From Clostridia bacterium (GTDB lineage Bacteria > Bacillota > Clostridia > DUPQ01): a stretch of 64,000 nucleotides of DNA. Numbering within the stretch: position 1 is the stretch's first letter; the number at the start of each line of letters is the position of its first letter. The notes beneath the pieces were generated by a model. The model worked only from the letters and a program-made list of their open reading frames with translations. It searched no databases and was not told where the DNA came from. The position numbers and the translations under genes were made by a program. Location of the stretch: contig JAFGUQ010000089.1 in assembly GCA_016938455.1 (NCBI GenBank), forward strand, positions 445 through 64,444, read 5' to 3'. This document shows, in pieces, positions 1-9,716 of this stretch.

Positions 1-1323
1 CCTCAACTCATCAGACCGCTTGAAATCTTTGTTTTTTCGGGCGTCATCCCTTTCTTTTGCAATTTTTTCAATTTCAGAAGGAATTTCAACTTGAATCTCC
101 TTATGAAGAATACCCAGGACATCCCCCAGCTTCCTGAACTGAGCAAGTGCAAGTTTTGCTGTCTCTTTTGATTTAATATCAGACAGGTTAATCTGCTTAA
201 CCAGATTGAATAAATCAGAAATACCATCAGCAGTGTTTAAATCATCATCCATGTGCTTCACAAAAGAAATTTCTGTTTCTCTGATTGTTTCGATAATCGC
301 TTTTTCTTCTTCTAATGAATCACTGACTTCACTGTAAACTACAATGTGATTGAGATTAAGCAAACATTCATAGAGACGGTCAAGACCGCTTTTGGTGCTT
401 TCAAGAAGAGCATCTGAAAAATTGATTGGGCTTCTGTAATGAGCGGACAGAATGAAGAAACGAAGTACTTCATAATCATATTTCCTGATGATGTCCTTTA
501 CTGTGAAGAAGTTTCCAAGTGATTTGGACATTTTACGGTTATCTACATTGATGAAACCATTATGAAGCCAGTAATTGGCAAACGGTTTTCCTGTGGCAGC
601 TTCACTTTGGGCGATTTCGTTTTCGTGATGAGGGAACTGAAGATCCATTCCGCCTGAATGAATATCAATGGTTTCTCCAAGGTACTGCATTGCCATGGCA
701 GAACATTCGATATGCCACCCCGGTCTTCCTTCACCCCATGGGCTTTTCCAGAAAGGTTCTCCCGGCTTTTTAGCTTTCCACAAGGCAAAGTCTGCCGGAT
801 TCTTTTTACGCTCATCCAGGTCCACTCTGGCACCTGATTCAAGTTCTTCTGCATTGTGTTTTGTCAGTTTACCATAGTCTTTGTAAGCGATGGTATCGAA
901 ATATACATCACCATCTATGTCATAAGCATATCCTTTTGACTGTAAAGTTTTAACAAGTTTAATGATTGGACCGATATTTTCAGTGGCTTTCGGATGGACA
1001 TCAGCGTGCATGACACCAAGTTTATCCGCATCTTCAAAATATTCTGCGATGAACTTATCAGCCAGTTCCTTAATGGTGATTCCTTCTTCATTTGCCCTGT
1101 TGATCATCTTATCGTCAATGTCTGTGAAGTTCTGGACGAATTTAACCTGATATCCTCTGTATTTGAGATATCTGCGAAGCGTATCGAAAATGATGAAGTT
1201 CCTGGCATTTCCGATATGAAAATAATTGTAGACTGTGGGTCCGCAGTTATACATCATAACGGTATTTTCCTTAATCGGGACAAATTCTTCTTTGCTTCTT
1301 GACATCGTGTTATATAATTTCAT
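1..1323 (-). CDS. cysS: Cysteinyl-tRNA synthetase, 5' part; the gene runs off the window start
   Basis: Manual minus-strand translation from the ATG at 1323 gives MKLYNTMSRSKEEFVPIKENTVMMYNCGPTVYNYFHIGN... with the HIGN and KMSKS class-I motifs. The N-terminus aligns to Bacillus CysS (LYNTLTRQKETFEP). The ORF has no stop inside the window, so the ORF track omits it. The short ORFs listed at 3-1302 are spurious other-frame hits. AGGAGG lies 4 nt upstream of the ATG. Confidence 0.9.
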   Translation of the reverse strand, partial: MKLYNTMSRSKEEFVPIKENTVMMYNCGPTVYNYFHIGNARNFIIFDTLRRYLKYRGYQVKFVQNFTDIDDKMINRANEEGITIKELADKFIAEYFEDADKLGVMHADVHPKATENIGPIIKLVKTLQSKGYAYDIDGDVYFDTIAYKDYGKLTKHNAEELESGARVDLDERKKNPADFALWKAKKPGEPFWKSPWGEGRPGWHIECSAMAMQYLGETIDIHSGGMDLQFPHHENEIAQSEAATGKPFANYWLHNGFINVDNRKMSKSLGNFFTVKDIIRKYDYEVLRFFILSAHYRSPINFSDALLESTKSGLDRLYECLLNLNHIVVYSEVSDSLEEEKAIIETIRETEISFVKHMDDDLNTADGISDLFNLVKQINLSDIKSKETAKLALAQFRKLGDVLGILHKEIQVEIPSEIEKIAKERDDARKNKDFKRSDELR

Positions 1324-1568
1324 ATTTCCTCCTAATAAAAAATCGCATCCACACCTTTTTGGGGTATAGAGGCGATATGCGCGGTTCCACTCTACTAATA
1401 TACTTATCTTGAGGATATCGGCCCGACCCGCAACAGACTACTTTGTTCATCCGTTGATGCTCCAAGAGGCACTTCATGAAAGGTATATGGCTTGTGCTCT
1501 CAGCAAATGCACCGCTCTCTGTTATATATGGCTTTCATTACTCTTTCTTTTCATCGCAATTTCTATAT
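1324..1568 (-). promoter_or_regulatory. T-box riboswitch leader of cysS, with terminator/antiterminator
   Basis: Minus-strand RNA contains AUUAGUAGAGUGGAACCGCGC (forward 1377-1400), close to the T-box consensus AAUUAGGGUGGUACCGCG. A roughly 14-bp terminator stem (AUCGCCUCUAUACC / GGUGUGGAUGCGAU) with a U6 run follows, just before the SD. The leader is about 245 nt, typical for T-box leaders of aminoacyl-tRNA synthetase genes in Firmicutes. Confidence 0.65.
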
Positions 1569-1575
1569 TAATCTG

Positions 1576-1603
1576 ATTATACCTCAGAGTTTTTAAAAGT
1601 CAA
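1576..1603 (-). promoter_or_regulatory. Sigma-A promoter for the cysS leader (-35 TTGACT, 16-nt spacer, -10 TATAAT)
   Basis: Minus-strand TTGACT maps to forward 1598-1603 and TATAAT to 1576-1581. The -35 overlaps the stop codon of the upstream gene at 1600-1602. Confidence 0.55.
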
Positions 1604-3327
1604 AGCAAAATATCACAGATTCTGTTAAAGATTCGCTGATAATCACTTTCATCCAGAGTAAAAGGAGCCTTCTGAAGTGTTTCATCATAACCTAACCGTG
1701 TGATTTCTTCCAGATCAGTCTGCTTCATGAGCATCTCTTTTACTTCCTTCTTGATATCAGCATTCTTGAATGAAGCTTTTTCAAGCAGTTCATAGCATTC
1801 CACCATTCGCCTGAGAGCCATATACCGGATAGTGAGTAAAGGACCTCCGAAATGACCTGGATACACAAAGTTCATGTCACCAGCCAGCCAGCCATCCGTT
1901 CTAAAGGCTATTTTCTCTCTTGGATTCTCCGGCCAGACAGTATAGTTCCATCGCAGAAAACCGTCAAAGTTCATAATCGAAGTCAGATAACCGATAAAGC
2001 AGCTCTCAAGCAGTGACGACTTGATGAATGTATTCGGAAAATGAGGACGGCAGCAGACATACCATGAGAGACGTTTTTCTTTTGAAACAGCAAGCTTTTC
2101 AAAGAATTCCTCATCCTGCTGAAGACATTTGAGAGAGGGAACCAGATCGCTTAAGACATCATCAAATTCTGTGGTGAATTCAGCATGATTAATGGCAGTT
2201 TTGAACTTGAACTTCGGAGCGACTTCCAAAATGGCGTCAATGGTCTGACGATAACGGTTGATGTCATCAGGTTCGTCTGCAATCACTCTGACCTTGTCAA
2301 GAATCTTCTTGTCAATGAAGTATTCATACAATAAGCGGATATACCCTTGAATTTCCGCTTTTGATTTCATGAATTTGAAAATTCCGTCCTGCTGATCATA
2401 ATATCTGATTCTGATTCCATCCGGGAAATCACGAGCTACTTTATGAAATCCTTTCTTTTCATCCATCCAGATGCCTGAAAGACCGAATACTTCAATTTCA
2501 TCTTTGATTCCATTTGAAAAACAAAGTGAAATATATTTATCAAGCACACTGTAATCACAGATGAAATTACCGTAAGTATCTTTGGTGACAGAAATATAGT
2601 TATATTCAAACAGATCCGTCGGTTCGTCAAGATCGTTGAAGGTACGCTGGCCTGACCACGGGATTTCAGATGCAATGACAGAAACCGCTTTTTGCCCGAT
2701 GGCAGCAAGGCTTTTCACATATTTTTCAATGACAGTGAAATGCTCATCTGAAAACAGTTTGACTTCATGCTTCCTTGCGATGTTTGACAGATGCTGCCAT
2801 AAATCAAGATGAAGCAGCGTATCTTTCATATCGCTCATGATGATATTCTTGACGGTAAGTTCAAAGGGGCAGCTTTCCAAGAGTGTTTCATCCTGAAAGA
2901 TAAGACGTCTGTAGATATTGACACTTCCTTTATATTTCTTTGCTTTCGCATACCTGTCAATGTCTATCCTGACATAAAGAGGGACAGTATCATACTTATC
3001 CACATCAAAATATTCTTTGTTTTCAATCATGTCTGTGTAAAGCGTTCCATAATCATCAGCGATATATCCAAGTTTATGAATACTGATGGATGGGATCCCC
3101 TCACAGACTACCTCGATACGATAGGTATACTGATCAGGCCAAATCGAAAAAGCCGGATTATTTGTCAGTGAAAGCTGAAAGTTGGTATCATTCTCAAGAA
3201 AAAGCTGGAATGCGATGAAACTGTTCTTCACACCACTTATGTTGATGGTCTTTATATCAAAGAGATTCTTTTTCTCTCCTTTGATGTGTTTATAGAATTC
3301 TGATTTGAAACCTACTTGCAATGTCAT
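1600..3327 (-). CDS. Hypothetical 575-aa protein, possibly a DUF4091/glycoside-hydrolase-like protein
   Basis: Long intact ORF one nucleotide from the next hydrolase-like gene on the same strand. Family assignment is from weak motif recall only. Confidence 0.35.
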   Translation of the reverse strand: MTLQVGFKSEFYKHIKGEKKNLFDIKTINISGVKNSFIAFQLFLENDTNFQLSLTNNPAFSIWPDQYTYRIEVVCEGIPSISIHKLGYIADDYGTLYTDMIENKEYFDVDKYDTVPLYVRIDIDRYAKAKKYKGSVNIYRRLIFQDETLLESCPFELTVKNIIMSDMKDTLLHLDLWQHLSNIARKHEVKLFSDEHFTVIEKYVKSLAAIGQKAVSVIASEIPWSGQRTFNDLDEPTDLFEYNYISVTKDTYGNFICDYSVLDKYISLCFSNGIKDEIEVFGLSGIWMDEKKGFHKVARDFPDGIRIRYYDQQDGIFKFMKSKAEIQGYIRLLYEYFIDKKILDKVRVIADEPDDINRYRQTIDAILEVAPKFKFKTAINHAEFTTEFDDVLSDLVPSLKCLQQDEEFFEKLAVSKEKRLSWYVCCRPHFPNTFIKSSLLESCFIGYLTSIMNFDGFLRWNYTVWPENPREKIAFRTDGWLAGDMNFVYPGHFGGPLLTIRYMALRRMVECYELLEKASFKNADIKKEVKEMLMKQTDLEEITRLGYDETLQKAPFTLDESDYQRIFNRICDILL

Positions 3328-3328
3328 G

Positions 3329-4693
3329 TTATTCCTCCTTAAATGTCAGGGCATATAAGTCACTGTCTTTACATTCAAACATCAGTCTGACTGGTATATT
3401 ATTATATTTTTTGACATCGCTGTCAAATAAAACCTGCTCAAAAATTTCATCTCCGTACATTTCTTCTGATGTGGCAAGTACATTTTTATTCTTATCAAGC
3501 AATGTCACCTTCACAAAACCGACAGCTGATGTGGAATAGTTGATGTCCAGTCTGTTTCCTGAGAAAGTGAAAGGTTTAGTTATCATCATTCCTTTTCCAT
3601 AACCTGCATGAACCGAGGAAAATCCATATTTCCTTATGGACAGCCTTCTGATCCCTGCAGTGTCTGTTCTGTAATTCTCACTGATGTACATCGAAAATTC
3701 CTCATCAGAAGTTTCAATGATTCCAAGTGCCATCATGTTGTTTCGGTTCACCCAGTTCTTTCTGTCAAGACCCGGTCTGACATAGGCTTCCATAAAAGTC
3801 CTGTGCCAGTGACAGCCATCTCTGCTTGACATGAACACACAATCAGACACTCCGGTATCTCCAGAATTGAAAAAATCCCTTTCTCGCTCTTTCACATAAC
3901 GTTTAGGAAAAGACAGATACTGGTCAGTACCTTTTACCTTGACTGTGGCATTGGTATAGAACTCTTCTTTAACGGTCGTATCATAACTGTTCCTGATGTT
4001 TTTTTCCCAATGTAAAAAGTCATCAGACACAGCGGATTGAATGGAGCGGATTCCTTCATATTCCTTTGGTGAGGTTAAATGGTCATTGTGAAAATACCGT
4101 GAATAGCACCTGTACTTATGCAGACTCTCATCATAAAGGACAACATTCTGAGAGTCGAACATGCCGTCCGTTAAAACAGGTTCTTCCTGAATCTTTTTAA
4201 AATGAACACCATCATCTGACTGAAGGCCATATAGAGAAGCTTTGTTGATATCAATTTTCTTATGTCCTCCCACTGCTTTGACTGAACCATCAACATCAAT
4301 GAAAGGTGTGAAATTGTGAGTGATTTCATCATCTTTATAAATAATATTGTTATGCCTGCTACCCTCAAACTCAACAAGGCTGAAATCGGGTCTTTCAAAA
4401 TGGACTCCATCAGCGGATAACGCAAGACAGGTCACTGCATACTCCGCTTCATTATTTTTGTGATGTGTATACCCCCTGTAATACATGTGGATTTTCCCGT
4501 TATAACTGAAAACGGTCACATAACCGCTTGTTTTTCCTTCATATGGTTGATCAAAGGTAATTACTTTTTCTCTTCTGATGGGTTCATGAAGCTTCAATGA
4601 CATATGTTCCATCTGGTCAATCAGTTCATGATCCACAAACATTTCGATTTTTGATATATTTTGCATAAAAATTCCCCCAATTTTTTGGTACAT
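3329..4693 (-). CDS. Putative beta-propeller glycoside hydrolase-like protein (GH32/43/130-like), 454 aa
   Basis: Intact ORF with no signal peptide. It is rich in the beta-strand motifs and C-terminal beta-sandwich-like segment typical of five-bladed propeller glycosidases. Substrate is unknown. Confidence 0.35.
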   Translation of the reverse strand: MYQKIGGIFMQNISKIEMFVDHELIDQMEHMSLKLHEPIRREKVITFDQPYEGKTSGYVTVFSYNGKIHMYYRGYTHHKNNEAEYAVTCLALSADGVHFERPDFSLVEFEGSRHNNIIYKDDEITHNFTPFIDVDGSVKAVGGHKKIDINKASLYGLQSDDGVHFKKIQEEPVLTDGMFDSQNVVLYDESLHKYRCYSRYFHNDHLTSPKEYEGIRSIQSAVSDDFLHWEKNIRNSYDTTVKEEFYTNATVKVKGTDQYLSFPKRYVKERERDFFNSGDTGVSDCVFMSSRDGCHWHRTFMEAYVRPGLDRKNWVNRNNMMALGIIETSDEEFSMYISENYRTDTAGIRRLSIRKYGFSSVHAGYGKGMMITKPFTFSGNRLDINYSTSAVGFVKVTLLDKNKNVLATSEEMYGDEIFEQVLFDSDVKKYNNIPVRLMFECKDSDLYALTFKEE

Positions 4694-4740
4694 CTATTAT
4701 ATCACGATGTGCTATAATAGAGATAGAATAAGGAGCTGTT

Positions 4741-4983
4741 ATGGGAATTACTTCATTTATACTGGGTATTATAAGTCTGATATTGTCATTCTTGCCTTTT
4801 ATGCATTTTGTTGGAATCGTTCCTGCCATTATCGGGTTGATTCTTGGTATTACAGACCTTATATACACCAGAAAGAATGGAGACTATAAGAGGGGCTTTT
4901 CCATCAGTGGTATTGTTCTCTGCTTCATAGCCATTCTTCTCAGTATCTTCTGGACCATTCTCATCGTCGTCGCCATTATATGA
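4741..4983 (+). CDS. Small membrane protein of the DUF4190 type (80 aa, two TM helices)
   Basis: AGGAG lies upstream. Its stop overlaps the next start in an ATGA arrangement. Confidence 0.55.
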   Translation: MGITSFILGIISLILSFLPFMHFVGIVPAIIGLILGITDLIYTRKNGDYKRGFSISGIVLCFIAILLSIFWTILIVVAII

Positions 4984-6584
4984 AAATAAAACTGATTGCC
5001 ATAAATTCAAAATTCATTCATACCAATACTGCCGTCTGGTATCTTCATTATTCACTTGAAAAATACAATATGAATAGCGAGGTCATGACTTTTACTGTCA
5101 ATGATGATTATGACGAGGTGCTTCGAGGCATAATCAAAGACCTTCCTGATATTGTCTGCTTTTCCTGCTATATCTGGAATATTGAGAGAATCTATGAGTT
5201 GATAGAGGACATCAGAAAAGTATCCCCCGGAACAAAAATAGTTCTGGGAGGGCCTGAAGTCTCTTTTGACTGTGAATCTGTTCTCAGGAAAACAGAAGCA
5301 GACCTTATTATCAGAGGCGAAGGTGAATTGGTCATTTCACCGGTTTTAAGTGGCGACAGGTCTTTCGGATGCGCTTATCTGGAAAATGGAAAGTACATTG
5401 ATCGTGGACATGCTGTAGTTGATGATCTTAATGAGATTCCTTTTATTTTCACAGAAGAAATGCTTGAAAAAGAAAAAAACAGGATCATCTATTATGAGTC
5501 ATCAAGAGGTTGTCCTTATCATTGCATATACTGCCTCTCATCCACATTAACAGGAGTCAGGTATCTTGATACTGATAGAGTATTAAAAGAACTGCTGATG
5601 CTTTCAAAAAGCGGCGTAAGGCAAATCAAGTTTGTCGACCGTACTTTTAATCTGAATAATGAACGCACACTGGGTATATTGAACTTTATCAAAAATCTTG
5701 ATACGAATATCAACTTTCATCTTGAAATTTATCCTGCAGCTTTGTCTGAAAAAATCATGACCTGCTTAGGTGAAATCAAAGCGGGGAGGGTGCAGATTGA
5801 AGCGGGGATACAATCTACCAATCAGAAAGTTCTAGACTATTCTAAAAGGAATCAGAACCCTGCACTGGCACTTTCAAACTCAAAACTGATTATTGAAAAA
5901 GGGAATATTCATGTTCACCTTGATCTGCTGGCAGGATTACCTTATGAAGACAAGCATTCTTTTATCAATTCATTTAATGAAACCATCAAGGTAAGACCTC
6001 ATGTGCTTCAACTGGGATTTTTAAAACTTCTTAAAGGAACACATGCCAGAAATGAAAAAGGGTATACAGCCAGGAACAAAGCACCTTATGAAATATTAGA
6101 GACCCCATGGCTCAGCTTTATTGAGCTTGGAGAAATCAAGAAGGTAGAACAGGTTCTTGAGATATATTACAACAGCGGGAAATTTATCAGAACCATGTCC
6201 TATATGCTTGATCATTCTAAAAGCAGCTATCATTCCTTTTTATCATTGGCTCAGGCAATCGGTGAGACTGGCAATGTCAATGAGACTGACAGATACAAAG
6301 CATTATATGATTTCCTGGGAAAAGATAAAATAAAGGAATACCTGAGATTTGACTATATGGCTACACACAGCAGCAAGAGTATTCCTGAATTTCTGAAAAA
6401 TGAATATGACAGCAAAGAGCAATCCTTTGCTTATTTCAAAAAAGAGAAAAAGGAAGCCAGAGAATGGGTGAAACATACCAACATTTCCACTTTTCATATG
6501 GAGGAGACCACCACATGGCTGTTTGATTACCGTAAAAAAGACTCCGTAACAGGAACCTTCACATTTGAGAGAATTGAATTATAG
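4980..6584 (+). CDS. B12-binding-domain radical SAM protein (DUF4080 family)
   Basis: The N-terminal B12-binding-like region is followed by the CPYHCIYC radical-SAM CxxxCxxC motif. 534 aa. Confidence 0.7.
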   Translation: MKIKLIAINSKFIHTNTAVWYLHYSLEKYNMNSEVMTFTVNDDYDEVLRGIIKDLPDIVCFSCYIWNIERIYELIEDIRKVSPGTKIVLGGPEVSFDCESVLRKTEADLIIRGEGELVISPVLSGDRSFGCAYLENGKYIDRGHAVVDDLNEIPFIFTEEMLEKEKNRIIYYESSRGCPYHCIYCLSSTLTGVRYLDTDRVLKELLMLSKSGVRQIKFVDRTFNLNNERTLGILNFIKNLDTNINFHLEIYPAALSEKIMTCLGEIKAGRVQIEAGIQSTNQKVLDYSKRNQNPALALSNSKLIIEKGNIHVHLDLLAGLPYEDKHSFINSFNETIKVRPHVLQLGFLKLLKGTHARNEKGYTARNKAPYEILETPWLSFIELGEIKKVEQVLEIYYNSGKFIRTMSYMLDHSKSSYHSFLSLAQAIGETGNVNETDRYKALYDFLGKDKIKEYLRFDYMATHSSKSIPEFLKNEYDSKEQSFAYFKKEKKEAREWVKHTNISTFHMEETTTWLFDYRKKDSVTGTFTFERIEL

Positions 6585-6643
6585 TTCATGGATAATTAAC
6601 AAAATATGTAATAAAATACCCTTATGAAAGTAAGGGTGTTTTT

Positions 6644-6847
6644 ATGAAGAAAAATGGATTTGTCACACTTGAAGCCATTCTTGTTTTTCCAGGAGTCATG
6701 CTGCTGATCATCGCTTTTATCATTGCAGTTATTTTGATGTCACAAAAGCCGGTGGAGGAGCATAAGTTTCATTTCACGGATAAAATTTATAAAGTGGATT
6801 CACTAAAAAGGAAAGCAGGATTCATTGATGATATGCTTCAACAGTAA
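6644..6847 (+). CDS. Flp/TadE-like prepilin (class III signal peptide)
   Basis: MKKNGFVTLEAILVFPGVMLLIIAF: a G/FxxxE prepilin cleavage motif followed by a hydrophobic helix. 67 aa. Confidence 0.5.
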   Translation: MKKNGFVTLEAILVFPGVMLLIIAFIIAVILMSQKPVEEHKFHFTDKIYKVDSLKRKAGFIDDMLQQ

Positions 6848-8861
6848 AGGTTCGGTCACTGTTTTCCTATGCATTGCCATGCCTGTGGTGATTTTACTCT
6901 GTCTTGTTTTTACTGAAATATATATGATAAACACAGGGAAAAAGATGGTAGAAGATCAGGTTGAACTGGCCGGTTATTCAGTCCTGTCAAATTACTCAGA
7001 CTACCTGAAAGGGGAATATGACCTGTATGCCTATTGTTCAGAAGATCATCTACTTGAAAACAGCATCAGAGAGCTGATCAGGGATAATCTTGCTTCACCG
7101 GCTTTTTACCGGTTTAAAGTAGAGGAAATAACAATCGTCAAGGAGAAATCATTGATGGAGAAAAATACCTTGAAGCAAGCAATCATGAATACCATGAAAG
7201 ACAGCATTTTTGAGACCATAGCAACAGAAGTCTATGACAGGCTTCATGCTATTTCTTCGGTAGGTGAGACGATTGACATCATCAAGTCAAAAATGAAGTT
7301 TGACGAGAAGGTCAAGAAAATAAATGAAAATCTGGCCGTTCTGAAACAGCTTTTTGATGGAGGTCAAGAACAGCTTTTCATTAATATCTTAAAAAGTGAC
7401 AGTGTTCTGAAATCTTATATCGAGGAGTTTTATGCGGTTTATGATCAACTCACAGCCATTAATGAAAGAATCAGAGAACTGGAAGAAAGGCAAGATGAAA
7501 GCATTTATGAAATTGAACTGCTGTTACAGGAAAAAGGGACACTGAAAGAAAAAATCACTGACATCTACTATCTTCATATCAATGATTTTATTCAGGCATT
7601 GATTCAATTGAATCATCAGGCATTTTCTAAAATCACTGATATTATATTAAACCAGGAAGAAATGTATGTGATATCAAATGCCATGACAGCATCAGCTAAA
7701 AGAATGAAAGACTGTCCGGTCTATTTAAAAGAAATGATAGAAGGACTGACATCAGTGATGGTCAGTATAGAAAAAGCTGTTGTGATTGAGTCATTTGAGC
7801 TACTTGAGAATAAGGTGAACGAAAATATAAGATCCTTAACACACTTGAATGAAAATATGGAGAGTGTTTATCAATCAGTTATTGAAGAAAATCCGATCAC
7901 TGATCGATATCGATATGATGACACATCCTACAATAGTGAGTTGACTGTATCTCTTATTGACAGCACCATATATGGACAGCAGGAAGACAACAGAAGTTTT
8001 TTTGAGAAGCTGGGAGAAGAGATCATCAACCAACAGCTTGGTGAAGATATCATCATTGAAAGCGGTACTGTGTTACCTTCAGGGCTACTTGAAGATGAGA
8101 ATCAGTTGTTTGACATCGATGTCAGTCATGATTCTTCTGAGGAAGCGACAGGTGCACTTTCTTCTGTAAAAGAAATGCTGTCAGGTTCACTGGAAAGATT
8201 AAAGGAGCAAGCTTTCTTGAATGAATATATCATTCTAAAATGCAGCAGCCAGACCGGAAGCGGGAACAAACTTGAGAGCAGTTTCTTCCAGAATGAAATT
8301 GAATATATTCTTTTCGGAAATCATTCACAGCATCTAAACACCACTTTTACAAAGAGCGCCATCATGCTCATCCGATTTGCTCTCAATACAGCTCATGTCT
8401 ACAGTGATGCGGAAAAACAGATTAAGGCAAATGCCATAGCAGCAACAGTAGCCGGCTGGTGGACATTCGGAGCAGGGATTCCTGTTATATCAAATCTTGT
8501 TTCCTGTGCATGGGCAGTAGCTGAATCAGGACTGGACGTGAAATCACTGTCAAACGGAGGAAGTGTCCCGGTGTATAAGCTTATTGGAGACTGGAAGCTG
8601 GATTTAGGATTAAATCAAGTCTCAGCGAAGACTCCGGAAATTCTGAAGATTGATTATGAAGATTATATGAGGCTGCTGCTGCTATCAAAAAGTGAAGATG
8701 ACAAACTTGGTCGACTTCTTGATCTGATTCAGTTGAATGCTCCGGCTGGATTTGATGTGACAGAAGCTTATTGCCAGGTGACAATACACATAGTGGTTTC
8801 ACAACGAGGATTTCTTGGAAAGAGGCATTACTTTGAAATTGAAAAAACAGCAGCATACTGA
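6825..8861 (+). CDS. TadG-like pilus-assembly protein with a TadE-like N-terminus, a long coiled-coil middle and a C-terminal domain (678 aa)
   Basis: The N-terminus GSVTVFLCIAMPVVILLCLVFTEIYMIN resembles Tad pseudopilin N-termini. The gene overlaps both of its neighbours. Confidence 0.5.
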   Translation: MMICFNSKGSVTVFLCIAMPVVILLCLVFTEIYMINTGKKMVEDQVELAGYSVLSNYSDYLKGEYDLYAYCSEDHLLENSIRELIRDNLASPAFYRFKVEEITIVKEKSLMEKNTLKQAIMNTMKDSIFETIATEVYDRLHAISSVGETIDIIKSKMKFDEKVKKINENLAVLKQLFDGGQEQLFINILKSDSVLKSYIEEFYAVYDQLTAINERIRELEERQDESIYEIELLLQEKGTLKEKITDIYYLHINDFIQALIQLNHQAFSKITDIILNQEEMYVISNAMTASAKRMKDCPVYLKEMIEGLTSVMVSIEKAVVIESFELLENKVNENIRSLTHLNENMESVYQSVIEENPITDRYRYDDTSYNSELTVSLIDSTIYGQQEDNRSFFEKLGEEIINQQLGEDIIIESGTVLPSGLLEDENQLFDIDVSHDSSEEATGALSSVKEMLSGSLERLKEQAFLNEYIILKCSSQTGSGNKLESSFFQNEIEYILFGNHSQHLNTTFTKSAIMLIRFALNTAHVYSDAEKQIKANAIAATVAGWWTFGAGIPVISNLVSCAWAVAESGLDVKSLSNGGSVPVYKLIGDWKLDLGLNQVSAKTPEILKIDYEDYMRLLLLSKSEDDKLGRLLDLIQLNAPAGFDVTEAYCQVTIHIVVSQRGFLGKRHYFEIEKTAAY

Positions 8862-9648
8862 GGGTATCATTACGATAGAAGCGCTTATATCCATTCCGGT
8901 TATCCTATCAGTGTTTGCCTGCTTTGTTTTTCTTTTTTCTTACATGACAACTGTTTTGACATTAAAGAAAGACCTTAGTGATAAGGCCTGTGAACTCGCA
9001 GTATCTGATTATGCATTTTTCACTTCTTTTCCATCAGTCCTTTCTCTGTATGACAAAAATGAAAGAGAAAAAATGAACCTTCTGTATGTGTTCTGCTATT
9101 CAGAAACTTTTGGAGATGACATTACACTGTTTCTTGATTGTAAATATAATGGAATCATTAAGAAAGTCAACATACACCTGAGTCAGAAAATTTCTAAGTG
9201 GAAAGGTGATGGAATCAATTTTTCTGATGTCAATGTTTGGACTCTTTCCAATGCGGAAAGAGGAGCTGCGATTGAAGCTCTATATGGAGGTAACCTTCCC
9301 GCTTTTTTCCCAGTGATTGACTCGTACAATGAGTTTACCGGCACAGTGACCATGATTTCAAGCATAGACACCACTTATGAAAGATACAACAATCGCGATA
9401 TGTTTTATGACAGGATCATGGAGGATATCAGCAGGATGATGTCATTCACCGGAGCATCATATGGAGAGGTAAACATAAGAAGTGACTATATTGAAAATAA
9501 ACAGGTGATTCTTGTTTTCCCGACAAACCCATTAAACAGAATGCAGCTTACAGTGGTGGAGGAAGTAAAACGGATCTGTGAAGCAAATGATATTCAATTG
9601 CTGATAAAAAGGTATCAGCTGTCTTCATCCAATCAAATTTCCAATTAA
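8815..9648 (+). CDS. TadE-like pseudopilin (277 aa)
   Basis: EGIITIEALISIPVILSVFACFVF prepilin-like N-terminus. The start is uncertain; TTG candidates at 8833 and 8839 are possible. The ORF overlaps the upstream gene. Confidence 0.5.
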   Translation: MERGITLKLKKQQHTEGIITIEALISIPVILSVFACFVFLFSYMTTVLTLKKDLSDKACELAVSDYAFFTSFPSVLSLYDKNEREKMNLLYVFCYSETFGDDITLFLDCKYNGIIKKVNIHLSQKISKWKGDGINFSDVNVWTLSNAERGAAIEALYGGNLPAFFPVIDSYNEFTGTVTMISSIDTTYERYNNRDMFYDRIMEDISRMMSFTGASYGEVNIRSDYIENKQVILVFPTNPLNRMQLTVVEEVKRICEANDIQLLIKRYQLSSSNQISN

Positions 9649-9716
9649 CGATTCCTCATGTACCTTTTTAGTTGTATAATTGACATAGCAATTAAAAAGC
9701 TGGGGGGACACATAAA

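Noticed and set aside
3-1302. ORF-track ORFs 3-227(-), 543-854(-), 668-877(+), 962-1150(+) and 994-1302(+)
   Set aside because: All lie inside the cysS reading frame, which runs on the minus strand to position 1323 and is absent from the track only because it has no stop in the window. They are other-frame artefacts.
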